From: Microbotryum violaceum
Lineage: Eukaryota
NCBI GenBank assembly: GCA_001244265.2
Contig: CDLV01000012.1
Location: forward strand, 1,054,001 to 1,118,000
Direction: 5' to 3'
Length of the DNA: 64,000 bases
The notes under the pieces were generated by a model. That model had not been told where the DNA came from. It did no database searches and saw only the letters and a list, made by a program, of their open reading frames with translations. The position numbers were made by a program, and so were the translations under genes. Below are positions 1-19,580 of the stretch, in pieces. Position 1 is the stretch's first letter. Every line of letters begins with the position of its first letter.

Positions 1-60
1 ACCCCCCGGAACGATCGAACCGAGCTGATTCCTCCCTCCTTCCCCACTTCTTGTACTTAG

Positions 61-1386
61 TTCTGCGTCGTAATGGTCTCCAAGCCCAAGGCCGCACCTG
101 CTCCTGCCGCTGCTCCTTCCACATCGGCAGCATCAGCCGTCCCTGCTACACCTGCTCAAGCCTCAGCACCCGCTGTAGTGCCCAACGCCCCCGCCCCCGC
201 CCCCGCTGTACCCAATTCGGCCGTCCCCGAAACCCCGTCGGCATCGACCAACAGCACCGTCCTGGACACCGTCGAGACCCCGGCCGTTGCAGGAGCGTCG
301 ACGGGCGAAGAAGCATCCTCGTCCAGTGACACGTCCTTTCTCATGGGCTCGGCGTTGCAATCCTCGATTAACGAGATGGTCAGCATGGGCTTCCCAAGGG
401 ATCAGGTCATGAAGGCCTTGAAAGCGAGCTTCAACAACCCGCATCGTGCTGTCGAGTACCTCATGACTGTGAGTCAAGTCAGCTACAGCATCATTCTCGA
501 TGCTCCCATTGCAAAGGCTGATGCATTTGTTGAATTTGTGCCTCCAGGGTATCCCCGAGTCGTCCGAACCAGCTCCTGGACCGGCTGCGGCTGCGGCTGC
601 TGGGGCCCCGGGTACACCTTCTCGTGCCGGTGGTAACGCTGCGCCTCTTGCTTCTACACCTGCACCCGCTGCGGCGGCGGCCCCCGCGGCTGCCCCGAAC
701 GCCCCTCGTAAGTTTTGCTGCTCTTGGAGCCCGCGGTCGGCGCAGTCTAGGCCCGAACCGTAGCTCACCCTATCGCCACACGATGGTCTTCGACAGGCAA
801 CCTTTTTGAAGTACCCGCACCCGTAGCTGCTCCTGCTACAGCAGCTGCTACGACAGGGGCTGCCCGAAGTGGCGCTGCCGGTTCGAGCGAGCTCGCACAG
901 TTGGCGCAACAACCCATCTTTGGCCAATTGCGTTCGTTGGTGCAACAGAACCCGGCGTTGCTGCAACCTTTCTTGCAACAGCTCGGCGCTTCAAATTCCG
1001 AGTTGTTGAGCATCATCGATAGGAACCAAGCTGAATTCGTGAGATTCTTACAAGAAGGACAAGAAGGTGGGGCCGCGGGTGGGAAGGGCTGGAAGGCTTG
1101 TTGGATCAGTTCGGCGATGATGAGGAGGGCGAGGATAGGAATGAGCATTATATCCAGGTGACGGAGGAGGAGAACCAGGCGATTGATAGGTTGACCGCGA
1201 TGGGCTTCGATAGGGAGGTCGTCATTCAGGCATACCTTGCTTGCGATCGGAATGAGGAGCTGGCCGCGAACTAGTGAGTTTTGCGCTGGTAAGGCGAGTT
1301 AAGTGCGCAAATTTTGACTAACGACCACACCACTTCCTTGGGTTCGCTCTAGCTTGCTTGAGCACGGCTTTGACGATATGGAGTAG
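61..1386 (+). CDS. RAD23: UV excision repair protein Rad23, 5'-partial, multi-exon
   Basis: UBA1 ([30 protein letters not shown]), XPC-binding region ([21 protein letters not shown]) and UBA2 ([36 protein letters not shown]). GT-AG introns include 469-547 and 708-796. There is an apparent 1-nt frameshift at ~1081-1083. Confidence 0.95.
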
Positions 1387-2107
1387 AATAAACCGTGACG
1401 ATGACGACGACGAACAACAGCTCTGAATTTTCCTCTTTCTTTCAGTTCTGCTCCTCTCGCCTTCCAATGAGCCGTAATGAACGTTGTCGCCGTGATCAGA
1501 AATGATCTGCCGGCCTTGAAAGTGAATCCGATACGGGTCTCAAGTACTGCATGCCAGGGTTTGAGCTCGTCGCCCGGTCACCGGCGGTGTGAATCGAATG
1601 TTTGGTCGCCACGATCGGGCTCACCGAGACGAATTTTCGAGTCGCGCTGCTATCCTCGTCCAATCCTCAGTCATAGCTGCCTGAGGAACATCTGCCCCAT
1701 GAGCGACTGGTCCTCGAGGCCGAAATAGTCCCACATCGTTCCTGGGGCGATCTCGCTAGGTCCGTGCGAGCTCGTGCGAGAGGTGGCGCCGGTGACTGCC
1801 TGCCACGACTTGCCACGACGCGCGCTTTGGCGCTTTGACACGCTAGTGGCGACAGCGTGTGCGTCAGTTTGTGCTCCCCTCCCTGCTCGACGGCTCCCAC
1901 CTTCCTGATCTTTCCCCGGTACTCTTTAAAGTTGGCCTAGCACATCTCGGTTCTGCATCTTGCTCCCACCGCCGCCGACCTCTCCTCTTCCTAGGTCGAC
2001 GCGCCCGCTCGCCTGCTTCTCGCTCTCCTCGCCCCGATCTCGACCCGCTTCACCGCGCACCAGCTCGCACGCCGTCGCACCGCGCTCGCTCGTCCCTTCT
2101 TGTCGCG

Positions 2108-4976
<2,869 letters not shown>

Positions 4977-5319
4977 TCAGGCTAGCTCACTCGAACGTCT
5001 GTTCTTCGCTTCATGCACACATCCATCTGTTTCTTCCCTACTTCGTTTGCTCGCAGGTCATTCCCACGAGTTTTTATTTTGCTCCTTGGGACTCGATCTT
5101 GCCTCATTGTTCTTTCTTTGCTTGCGGTTTCCACCCCCTCTGAACGGCCTTTAGGTCGCTCGTTTAGCTGCACGACTGAATATTATCGCTTCATACCTTC
5201 TGGCTCTCGAGTTATGCGCCTTTTCTTCAACTTGGGAGACAATATCATTTGCTTGACAGTCTTTGTACGCGATGCCAAGTATTAAAAAAAACACGGTGAT
5301 CTTGCGAATCTAAGGTCTA

Positions 5320-8300
5320 TTACGATGCATACGACTGCGTCATTTGATGCGTTGCCATGTGCTGCTCCAACTCCTCCCTCGTCTGCAACGTCGCATCGCA
5401 AACTCGACCATCTTCCCCTGACGACTTCCACTGGCAGACGAGCGGCGGTAAGGGGACAGTTTCCCCGATCGAGCTTGACAAATTCACTTCCTCGCTGGTT
5501 GTCGTGTCCGCAGGAGCAACATGCGCGCTCTCCTCCTGTGGCGGTGCATTCTCCTCATCGTCGTCCCTCTCGTCCTCTTCATCACTCGAATCGTTTCGCT
5601 CCAAGTCATTCTCAATCTCCTCATGATGCTTGAGTTCAGCCTGGAAATCATCCCACAACGCCGCCTTCTTGATGACCTCGCTCTCCGCCACCCGTCTCCT
5701 CTCTGCTTTGAGCAACGCCATCTCTCCTTCCAACCTCTTGACCATGAACTTGAGCTTCTTGTTCTCGGCTTTGAACAGTATCGCATTTTGCTTCAACCCG
5801 CGATCCAATACGGACCTTAACCTCAACGTCTCGGCCTCGGCCACGACCGTTTCTCGTGCCCTCATCACTGCGGCCGTAGAGGCTTGCGAGTATTGCGCTT
5901 GCATGTAGGCAAAGTCGGATTGGGCGGACTCTTTCGAAGCCGCCAAGGAACGGTTCTGTTTGAGCAAGGTCGCGATCTCTGTTCGCAACTTGGTCACCTC
6001 CAGCGCCAGCGGTGGGAGAGTCTCGAGTTCAGCGGACATAGTCGACGTTTGGGCTCGGAGCTCGCCAAGTTCTCGCTCTAGTTCGTCACGCGACATCATC
6101 TCGATCGGTTTGGGAAGCGGCGCCGCCGGTTCAACAGCGGCTGAAGGCGCGGGAACGGCCGCAGGCGTTCCAGGTGTGAGTCCACGCGTTCGAGTCGAGG
6201 CGTGGGCGAGCGAACGAGCAAAGTCAAATTGGGCGTGGGCGGCTGCAACGCGTTTGAGTTGGTAGGTCCCGACTTGAGAATGGACGATGATGAAGTCAAT
6301 TTTTTCGATGTTCTCTTGCGTTACGTGGCGGAGCTCGAAAGCCCAGTGCGCGACTCGGCACAGGGGTTCTTCAGGGTTGCCTGTGGTGATGGAATCGGGT
6401 CAAATCGTCAGTCAAGGGATCTGCGAGTGCGAGCTTAGGTCTAGCACTTACTGGCATAAGCCTTAGGGTCACGCAAGAAGCGCTCAATCTCGGCTTTTGT
6501 CGAATCCGTGTCGGTGATGTAAGTCGACGCATGCACGAGTTGGATCAGTCCATCGACATGCGAGCCACTTCCTGGTGCGGGGGAAGCGTTTCGCGAGACC
6601 GCAGCTGTTTGCCCTGTACCGCTAGGTCCAGGAGAGCCTTGTCGATCGTTCGATTCCGCTGCAAGACCTTCGACTGCCTGAACGCGCGCGAGGGCTGGCG
6701 ACAAAGGCTGCGTCGGGACCGTGAAGGGTGTCATGTGGGGTGGCAGGGTGATGCGTGTCGGAGCGTCCATGATGCGAGCCAGTGAGCCTCCCGCCGATTC
6801 GACATGATTCCTCTCGCTCTCAGTCGTCGTTGAAGGAGGGGTCTCGATTGATGTCGGCGGGTTGTCGGCGAATTCGACCATCTTCGCTTTTTTGGACTGC
6901 TGCTCTTCCTCGTCGCTCTCGGGAAAATCACGCTTTGTGGGATTCGGGGTGGGTGCCGGCGTGGTGTTCGGTGCCGGTGGTGGAGGAGGAGCAGCTGACC
7001 CCGCTGGCACACTCGATGACGCGTTACGCAGCGATGACGCTCCATTTGTCGACGAAGGAATAATGGAACTACCGATGGATCCATTCGAGTCGTTCGTCGA
7101 AGCCACGTAGCTCTCAGGAGCCGATAGCCCATGAATTGAAGCGGTGTTTTGCATGGGCTGTTGGTAAGGTTGTGGTGCGGACGGTTCGCCTTCGCTCCCA
7201 TCGGCGGCAGCATAGTTCCCAAAAGATGATCGTGTCGAGAAGCTCGATGCGAAGGGGTGGGCCGGCGAAGCAAGGGGATGCAAGCACTCCAGCGTTCTTC
7301 GGACTGCTACTCTAGCATTCAAGAAGCCCATATCTCCATCACCATCTTCACTCAGAAACGTTGGGGGCGGTCGCATCATGTTGATCTTGTTGGGGGCAAT
7401 GATCGCTTGAGCAGCGACCTGTACACTGAAAGGTCCAACCACGGCGTGCGCGAGAACATTCGGCATCATAGGCAGCGAAAGACTCGAGTTCTCATCGCTG
7501 CAAGTCCTGTTGGAAGACGAAGACGACCCGGAAGAAGCCGGCGTCTGCAGTACGAGCTCGAGTTGAGGTTTCGATCCCGTTCGTCGTAGCGGCACACTTG
7601 TCGAAGGCCGAGTGGCCGGGAGCCTCGACATCGACGGTCTGACGGGGGATGAGTCTGGGTTTTCGATGGGGTCAATCTCCACTTGGGACAAAGGGTAGAA
7701 GTCCGTCGCCGTGGGGATGGGGACGGGTCGCATGGGCCGGGCTGACACGGCGGAGGCAGTAGGTGTCGAACCAACCACGCTGATGGAAGACCGCAATGAG
7801 TGATTATTTGACGACGATGAGGAGGAAGCTCGAGTCGATTGTGTTGAAGATGATGAGACGGACAGTTCCGCCAGCGGTTTCCGGTCAGGTAGATATGGCG
7901 GCGGCAACAAGCTGGAGGGGAGAAAGATTTCGTCGCCCTGCGAGTCGACGATCACGGGCATAGTCTCCTCGATGATCACGACGTCGCTGTCGCAACCATC
8001 ACTACTACCGGCCCCTCTAGTATCGTCGTTGTCGCTTTCATTGCTTTCGCTCGAATCAGAATCCGGTCGGATCTGGAAGGCGACCTTCCTTCCCTTCTTG
8101 ACGGGTCGCCCAGTCGCGCGCGCCTCGACGGATGACGACTTCTCCCTCGTTCGTTGCCGTTGCTCGATTTCGATGACGGGCTCGCTCGACATTCTTTGTT
8201 TGCCTTTTTTGTTCATGGAAGGACAAGTTGCTCGAGCGTGCTTGTTAGTGGCCTGCGGGGCTTTCGTGGCTTCCCAATGCTTGATCAATCCCAGCGTGGC

Positions 8301-8974
8301 ATTTGATTTGGCCTCCTGAGTAAGGACACGCAATACAACCAGAGTCAGGGTCGACATTTGCCTCCATGTTCTTAAGATAGACGAACCCAGGTAGGCTCGT
8401 ACGATCTCCCATGCTCGTCGGTCCCGTCCCATGCGAGCAAGTATTGGCCTCGACGCTCACCAATCTGCCGAATTCTCGATTGCCAGAGGTCAGTGTCAAT
8501 TTAGACCGCGCTGAGACGACCCGAGACGGGGACATGTGTAACGCACAATAGCTTTGACCGGCCAAAGCTTTTGCGAAGGTGTAACATCCTCATCTTCCTC
8601 CTCGTTGTCCTCGTTGTCCTCGTCATCTTCGGTATCCTCGTCCTCCTCGTTGTCCTCGTCGTCAACGACGACTTGTTCGCCGAGTGTGCTCGGCGCAGTA
8701 GCCGAGGCTCCCGCATGCAACTCGGGCTCTGCTTCATCCGACGGGGTCGGGTCGATCAAAGTGGCGCCAGATGCGATGGCTTGCGTTGCGGGATGAACTC
8801 GGAGAGAGTCGTCCTGATCCTCTGGAGAAGATGATCTGTACTCCACGATGATAGGTATGTTAGTTCAGAGCGATATGCGCACAAGTGAGACTGCGAGGTC
8901 GCTGACGCGACGCCAAGTCCCAGCTGAGCCTGAGCTCAGCCGAGTCACGCATACATCGTCGTTGGCGTCGACAT
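5320..8974 (-). CDS. Chromodomain-containing protein with low-complexity middle, coiled coil and C-terminal C2H2-like finger
   Basis: Spliced exons give LWPVKAIV..ERRGQYLLAWDGTDEHGRSYEPTW EAKSNATLGLIKHWE (chromo-like). The last exon has heptad-rich sequence and CQW..CDATLQTREELEQHMATH. The ATG at 8974 splices in frame. Confidence 0.7.
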
Positions 8975-10605
8975 GGCTGGAGGGGGAAAAAAAATTAGGA
9001 ATCCAGGGGAGCATTACTTACGACATTATCATGCTTGCTCGGTAAAGCATGGTGATTGAGGTAAATACTCGCCGTGCAATGTGGTGCACTGCCGACCTTG
9101 TGTATGAAAAAAGTCACGATCCGGTCGTCACGTGCTGTTGTGGCCGATATGCTGCACCGGTAGAGATGTGATACTACACCAATAGCGGCGCGTAGCCGAG
9201 AGTGAATCGTTTGAATAGTAAAGAGTTGTACGCGTCGCACGTGAGCGCAGCTGATAGGATGACGTTGTCGAGAGAGTCTGGGCAGGTGAATGGGATTGTT
9301 GAGCCCGTCGAAGGGGTAGAGCTCGCGAGGGACGGGAAAGCAAGTGGTACCTCGACTGTAGCCCGCGCGAAAGAGAGCCACGTGAATATTCTAAACAGAG
9401 GCGAGGCGGGTGAGCGGGCTGCTCAAGATAGGTAACAGGCTTCGAAAGAGGCGAGCGGCGTGCACTGTTGCCGCTCGAGGTGGTTGGAGGGGATGTAAAT
9501 ATGAGAGGGGATGCTGGTGCAGCCAGGAGCAGTGGGGAGTGGTGGGATGAGAGGGGGAAAATGAACAGCGGGGCCCACAGCTTGAAATGGGTGTGGTTGA
9601 TGCTGGGTAAACAACGGCGGCGGGACGCACACCGCAAAAGTAAGCGGGTATGTTTTATCGGCGCCAAACTCTGAGCGCCTGAGGAGGGGAGGAGGAGAGG
9701 GTGTGAGGGGGAGGAACGGAGGAGGCAATTGATGCTTCTTTTCGTTCTGTACCAGCTCGTCTCGACCAAACTGGCGAATTGGGGGCGTCGGCGGTGGCCA
9801 CGAACCCGCAGCTGGCTGCCCGGCTGCCCGGCTGCCCGGCTCGTTTGCGATCGGGACTATCATTTGGGGGGGGGCAGCCCTGAGACGGACAGGCAAAATA
9901 CCAAGCACGAATTATAATTCGGGCCAGGAAATAACAGGGCTCTATAGTGTGTCCCCAGTTCAAGATATCTTTCAATACAAGTTCTTGATTTTTCGTGATT
10001 TTTCGAACGCCTGGAATAGCTCGTTCCAGCAATCTAGCGCCGGTCAGTTGCGATCGGCTTGACGTTGCTGTAAGCGCCGGGTAACCTTGGACGTGACGAC
10101 ATCTTTTGCTCCAAGAATCCCAATATGGGCGAATTAAAGGTGGAGATAGTGGGATATACTCAAAACGATTAACGGAGATATGGTGCGGTGGAGGACTACT
10201 TAGAATATATATATCTTGGAGCATCGAACAATTGTGTCTCCTACAGGATGGGCTGCAAATAAGGTCCAATTTGGCCCAGAAATGGCCCCGGCAACCACAG
10301 AAGACCACACGCGCCGCTCCGGCAGTATGCGCTGCGAACGAGCCGAAGGATCTTTCAAATTGGGTTCTTCTCAAGCTCGAGCGACGAGCACTTCTAAGTC
10401 GACCGTCAAGACCCAGCTTGCTTTGTTTCTCCCCACACCATCTCACCCGCATTGCATACGGGTGTATTGTCGCCCTCTTTCCGCGATTCTTTCGCTTCGT
10501 ACATCCACGTCGTCGCTGTACTCGAGACTCTTTGCTCTCGCCGCTGGCCGCCCCCCTCCCACTCGGTCACCTCGGTTGCACTTCTCGTGCTTTTCGTCGT
10601 CCACG

Positions 10606-12634
10606 ATGCAGCCATCACAGCCTCAACCGATGGCGCCGCTGCCGGAGAACCCCAAGGCGTCGTCTAGCCAACCCAACTCGCGTCGACCATCCGGTGTCTC
10701 AGCCATGGGTCGACCTGACCCTCTGTCGTCCATAATTCATGCCTCCGTACGTTCCGAATTCATCTGAAACCTCTGCCGCTCCCCCGAGTGAGACAGTCTC
10801 GAAGCCCCTTTTCTGGTTGCGTTCGCCGAATTACCACCCGCGTCTCAGGCGACGTCTATCGAATAGTCTGACCGATGTTTTTGAACTCTAGGCTTCCCGA
10901 ATCGGCCCCGGTGCTCATCCGACGGGACATCCCGACAATCTGAATGTGCTCAGTCCCGAGGAAACGGCCAAACGTCTTGCAGCCTACGCTGCCGTCGACG
11001 AACACGTCAAGCCGCAGCACAAAGTGCTTGGAATTGGGTAAGGCAATATGTCATCTACCTAGCGCTCATTGTCTCGCCGAAGCTCGAGGGTTTCGGACGT
11101 CCTGGGATGCGACGGTCGGCCTGGCTCGGTCGACCGAGTCTGCGAAAGAGGCTCCTCGAGGATCTTTTCGAAGGATGATGATTCCAGATGACATCCCTTC
11201 CGAGGCAGACGATGAGGTTTTTTCAAGTCGTCGTGTGCTTTGCTCCGTTTCACACTGCCATCTTTGGTCAACCCTGCGAGCATCGTCTTCGATCCGATTG
11301 ACCACTTGCCGCTCCTCGGTCCCGAATCTCGGAGGTTGCGAGGACAGACCATCCGAATCCCATTCGCCTCTCCAAGAATTATCTAGCAAACCCAGAGAAC
11401 TGACCTTGATAAACAACAACAAAATCACAGATCGGGCTCTACCGTTCCCTACGTCGTCGAGCGGCTTTGTCAAGAACCCCATTGCGCCGACAACTTGGAT
11501 CGATGGTCGGTGGAAATCTAGCTTTGGCAGCACTTGCTATCATGTTGCTGAGCTATGCGGAACTTTTTTTTTTTTTTCAGGTTCGTGCCGACCGGATTCC
11601 AATCCAAAGAACTCATCGTCAAGGCTGGCTTAAACCTCGGGGATGTCGATCAATTCCCGGAGATTGATGTCACGATCGATGGTGCCGATGAGGTCGATGT
11701 GAGCGATCATAACATCATCAGCGAGGTGTCTAATCTTTGCTGAACATCCTCATCTGCTTTGACCATAGGACGAACTGAACGCGATCAAGTGAGCTAAACA
11801 TTTGCACCCAGCAGCAGGCGGGACCGAACAGCCCAACTGATAACATCACATTTCGTCTGATTAGGGGAGGTGGAGCATGTCACCTGAGAGAGAAGGTCTT
11901 GGCTGAAGCGGCTACGCACTTCATCATCGTTGCCGATTCGCGCAAGGATTCGAAGGTCCTCGGTACAAACTGGAAACAAGGCGTTCCGATTGAGGTCGCG
12001 CCTTTCGCTTGGGCCAAAGTTTTCCAGAGTGCGTTCTTTGGTGGTGTGCTTAACGACAGGGCTGGGTTGCTAACTTGTGTTGAGTTGCATTTCGGACGAT
12101 TCAGATCTTCAGAAGATGGGTTGCGAGAAGCCGACACTACGAATGGGCAAGATGAAGGCCGGACCGGTCGTCACTGACAACGGGTGAGTAACCGTGCAAG
12201 AGGTTTTCTGGGTCTGATTCGTGCTGATCTGGCGTCGTCTCTTCTTCCGGTCTTCCCTCCCTTTAGAAACTTTGTGATTGACGCCGTCTTTTCCGAAGCC
12301 TACATGCGCGACCCAACAGAGTTGTTGCACCGTATTAAGATGTGAGCTCAAACTTTCTCAACGAGCATCAAAGTGATATCTGATCCAAACAAGAGCTTGT
12401 ATCCTCCTTCGCTCACAGGTTGACGGGTGTCTTGGAAGTGGGTATCTTCGCTAATATGGCGCTGGTGGCTTACTTTGGGAACCCGGATGGAACGGTCACC
12501 ATTAGGTGGCAAGATGGTCAGTCGGCGCCGTTATGTCTCCCAAATGAAGAATTACATCTAGATTGATGCTGTCTCTGCTGTCTTCAGGTCGTCGACACGT
12601 CAAGGAAGCGCCCAAAAACCTTGTTACTAAGTAG
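10606..12634 (+). CDS. RKI1: Ribose-5-phosphate isomerase A, multi-exon
   Basis: Motifs [54 protein letters not shown] and GPVVTDNG. Confidence 0.93.
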
Positions 12635-12957
12635 ATGGAAGTAGAAATCGATCTAGACACGCCTTGAAGCATCCGTTTCGCTTTGATTTTTCGGCCCGCC
12701 AAGTTCACATGCCAACTTGTTCCCTTTAGCCTCTTGGATCAATAGTCTACCAGGAATTTCGCCCCTTCTTTCCGCGCTTTCGGACTTTGGGTTTCTTCCG
12801 AGAGGAAGTGAAAATACAACGCAGTGAAAACACGAATTTCAAACAAAGCTCCGAGAGCCAAAGGTGGCAGTGAACAAAACAACATGCTTTCGTGGGCTCT
12901 TGTTGCAACAAATAAGCATCCAACAGCTCCTTCCTTACGACCTATCCATAGTATGGG

Positions 12958-15517
<2,560 letters not shown>

Positions 15518-15725
15518 GCTGGGGCTGGGCGGGGAAGGCCGGCGAGGAAGGCGGACGGGTCGGGTCCAGTGGGGAGAGAAGAGAAGAGAAGAGAAGAGAG
15601 TCAACGAGACGAGCGGCTGCCATATCACGGTCTCCCACGGTCGTCCCTTGGCTTTCCTTCCTCTTCCCATCCACCCCCCTTCGAGCTCGAGCACCACTCT
15701 CACCCTCACCCCCTTTTCACCCACC

Positions 15726-16655
15726 ATGGCTTCCCCCTCCCGCTCTACATCCACCCCATCCACCACCACCATCACCACCACCACCACCACCACGTCGATC
15801 CCAAGCTCCAAAGAATTGCGCCACGCGACCCCCGCCCAACTCCAAGCCGCAGCTTTACAAAGACTACTCAAAGACACCTCCAAACCGGTTCATATCCCTT
15901 CCCCACCCAAGGAGGGGGTCAAGCAATTACGCGCGCCGAGGGAGATGATGAGGAACGTCCAGGGCAGCTCGGCGGGAGCGGGCAGTGGCGAGTTTGTGAG
16001 TGCATGTGCATCGATGCGAGTGTAGTAGATTCCGCATGGGGGGGAATGAGCAGTTGATCTCTTTTTGAATGTTCTCGTCGCAGCACGTGTACAAGGAATC
16101 GAGGAGGAGGGAATACGAGAGGCTCAAACTGATGGACGAGGAGGAGGCCTATGTACGAACCTACCCTCTAGCCTCACTCCACCGAGCACAATCCCACTCA
16201 CACAACCTTCAATTACAACTCTTCAGAACAAAGCCAAAAAAGCCGCCCTGGACCGTCAAGCCACGTACGAATCCCAAGCCGAGGCCAAAACGGCCAAGAA
16301 CAGGTTGAAGAGGCAAAAGAAGAAACACGCGCAGAGGACCACATCCGCTTCAGGTGCTGGGGAGAAAGCGGATCAAGTTGAGGAAGAAAAGGATGATGGG
16401 GCCATCTTGGGGGATAAGAAGAGAAAGTTGGGATCGAGTACAGCGGCGAGTGGGGGGACTTTCACGTTCAAGTCCGCCAAGGAGAGGCAGGACGAGGACC
16501 AGGACGAGGACGAGGAGGCAGGACCGAAGGATGACGACACACAGCGTATCGAAACGATAAATAACGGTGCCTTCGTCCAGGATGCTATTACCGTACCCCA
16601 AGTCGCACCGGCCATAGAAGCAGGCGTCAAGATTGTCGATGATGATGACTTTTGA
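15726..16655 (+). CDS. PRKR-interacting protein 1-like (DUF1168) splicing factor
   Basis: Hallmark NVQGSSAGAGSGEF|HVYKESRRREYERLKLMDEE and KTAKNRLKRQKKK; two introns. Confidence 0.9.
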
Positions 16656-16910
16656 CGAGATCTCTTCCCTTTCTTTCTCGACGCAAAACCACTCCCACAA
16701 CTTGTTGTAATTCCTATTGGATTCCCACTCCTGTTCTGAATTGACAAACACAAAGCTACAGAAACCATAATGTCCTTTTGCGACGTCAAGACGGAAGATA
16801 AACTAGAGCCCTAGGGGTGGTATTTGGGGGGATGGATTGAAATGCCATGTAAGGGGCCATCTCCTTCAATATAAGTATCAACAAGAGCACAGGCGGAAAG
16901 AAGAAGGTGT

Positions 16911-19580
16911 CTATACGACCCACAGACATCCCGCACCTAAAAGCACCAACAAAGCCATACCCGTCGATCCAACGGTCCTTCGCTCTACTCCTGAGGTTCG
17001 GGAGGTGGATGAGGGGAGGATGGGAGAAGCGGCTGAGGCGGTAACGAATATTGTTGTTTCGGGTTGGGAAGTGACGGTCACTTCAGCAGGGGGGGTCATT
17101 GAAGTTGGCGTGGGGGAAGCGATGCTGCTGATGCTGCTGCTGCTGCTGCTGCTACTGCTGGTGGTGGAGGTACTACTGCGGGTGTGTCAAGTAATCAGAG
17201 GGAGATGCTTGGAGATCAGCTTCGAACACCCTTTTAGAATAGTCCCGTTGAAGATCTGTGACTCACGCATTTCCCAGTCCACCCGAAGTGACCATCCCCC
17301 CATCCGTCGTCGGCAAACTCGTCACTGGCCCAACCGGACTGACCGTAATTGATCCCGTCGAAGCGATCGTCAAATTATTCGCCGGGCTTCCCCCACTACC
17401 CGAAGTGAAATTCCAACTCCCCGCAATAACACTCCTTGCCAACCCGACAGCAGGAGCACCTTGGTAAGAGTAGGAGTAGATGGCGTAGACGCTCTTGAGG
17501 AAAGCTCCGCCGATGATGGCGGTAGGTCTACCTCGCGCATCGACATTGTCCACTCCTGCGATGGTGAGGACGCAGATGCTTCGATCGCGAGAGATCGCTC
17601 GGATGAGATCTTCGGGAGGGATCTCATATTGCACTCCTTTAAAGACGAAGGCTAGGGACCCAATGGGTGCGTCGCAAGGGATGTTGTAGGTCCCATCGCC
17701 GGTGCCTGAATCGACACCACCGATTTCGGCGTACATCGCTTGGGCCGCTGCGACGGGAATTTGGATTAGGGTCGTTCCGGAATCGAAAGAGGCGTTCATT
17801 TCGGTTCCAGTGATGACCGTGCCGTTCAAGGCGATACCGTCCATCGCGATCGTCCAAAAGGCGATCGAGGTGACGCGGCTCCACGAGCTGCACAGGGGTC
17901 GAGCCACGCCAAGCCACGACCATTTAAGCCAGGGGAATCGCAGCCTTCGATCGGAGAAGCATTACTCACATCGTTCCAGTGAATTTGGAGTTGTCCATGC
18001 AGCCAATGCACAACTGCGCCCCACCGACACTACCTTGTGGGACCGTGGTGATGTCAGATGCTCGCACGAGGAACATGGAAAAATAGGGGTTTGAGACGAT
18101 GCTTTGATTCATGAGTCTAGATTAAGAAGAGACACACTTGATGAGTGGTTGGTCTCGACGAAGGGTTCCCGAGGCAACCCACCTTTCAAACCAAGGACTG
18201 TATCCACTTGCGGCAACGACCCCAAAGCCGAAGCCTGATCATTTGAGGTACCAGCCTGTCAGTCGTGAGGGAAGCAGGGAGTGGGCGAGTCAACGAGGGT
18301 AGTTCACTCACCGAAAATTCCGCTGATAGGATAGGGCGAAAAAGCCTGATCAAAGCGAACGAAGATCAGTTCATTAGCTTTCGGCGATCACTGCAGAGTG
18401 AAAGCCAGTTCCGACGAACCGGGTTCAGCGTTGTCGCAGCAGCAAAGACAGTGTCGACTGAATAGCCGCCCATCGTCACAATGTCCTGGTTCAAGAATCC
18501 CTGCTGGGATCCCGAGCCGTACTTGATACTCCATGGGATTGAAGGCGTCGTGACGACCGAAGAAGACTTGCTCGCGTCCCACTCGGCCGTCGCAACTTGG
18601 CCGACACCCTCTTGGTACACCCACAGATCGGCCGAGCCAGTGTCGATCAGAATGGGGAAGACTTGTCCTGGTGTCCCGATCGAAAGATTGGTGTAGATCC
18701 TATCATAAAGGTGTGTGGGAAAGTGTGTTAGCGGGCCCGCTGATTGATACCTCGGTCGAATCGGCGACTTCATACGGCTCCGGCGTCGGGGTCGGCGTCC
18801 GGTTGGACGAAAGCTCACATAATGTCGAGGGGCTCCGAGTCTATGACAGAGCACACCGTAGGTGTTAGTCCAGGATAGAAATCAGCGGCTTACTTTGAAC
18901 CATGTACTCACAAAAGTCCAACATGGGTACCACACCTTGCCCCGAGCTTTGCCTTTTCTCAACCTTAACCCTGGCCCTCGCTCTCCGTTCGATGCGATGA
19001 GCATGCCGAATCAGCAACTGGTGTTGTTCCAGTACCTCCGGATGATTCAATTCATTGGCATGGAAGTTGTCGAGCGCAGACTGATGCTTTTGTTGAGCCT
19101 GTCGTAGTGATTCTTGAATGCGTCTATGGGGGGAGGGGGGGGGGGCAATTGCAGATGCGCGAGATCGGAGTCTGGTGTTCAGTCAAATGTCTCGAAGGAT
19201 CGGAGCGGGTCTCATTCCGGATCGCTGTCAAACGACGCCAATCCACCATGCCAGGCGATGCCCGATGGTTCAAAGCGCAGCTCATGTTGTGTTGAGCTCC
19301 ACCTCCGGCATTACGTCCATCTCCAAGGTTACGATGCCCGAAAGCGTGCACCGGTTCCCAGTCGTGGTAGCCGATTCGTTTCGAACGCAGCAACTGCATG
19401 CGGGGGTGGGCCTGGCTGTTCTTGGCTCGCTCGCAGTCCGCTGTGCGCTGCGGGAATTGGCACCGCCGCCGGCAATCAGACTCACGAGACATCGACGTAG
19501 GAAGGTTCTACGTAGACCGCTCCAACGATTGATCCAGCGACCAACGACGTTGCTGCCACGAGGAAAGATATCCGAGTCAT
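16911..19580 (-). CDS. Secreted pepsin-like (A1) aspartic protease, probably GPI-anchored
   Basis: Catalytic DTGSADLWV and DSGTT, and IIGGAFLK. Signal-like MTRISFLVAATSLVAG at 19580, S/T-rich stalk and hydrophobic C-terminus. The 5' exons are uncertain. Confidence 0.88.

Noticed and set aside
9000..10500. ORFs of 128-265 aa and (GGCTGCCC)x3 at ~9813-9841 between the chromodomain gene and RKI1
   Set aside because: No recognisable motifs or coherent splicing; treated as intergenic, with simple slippage for the repeat.
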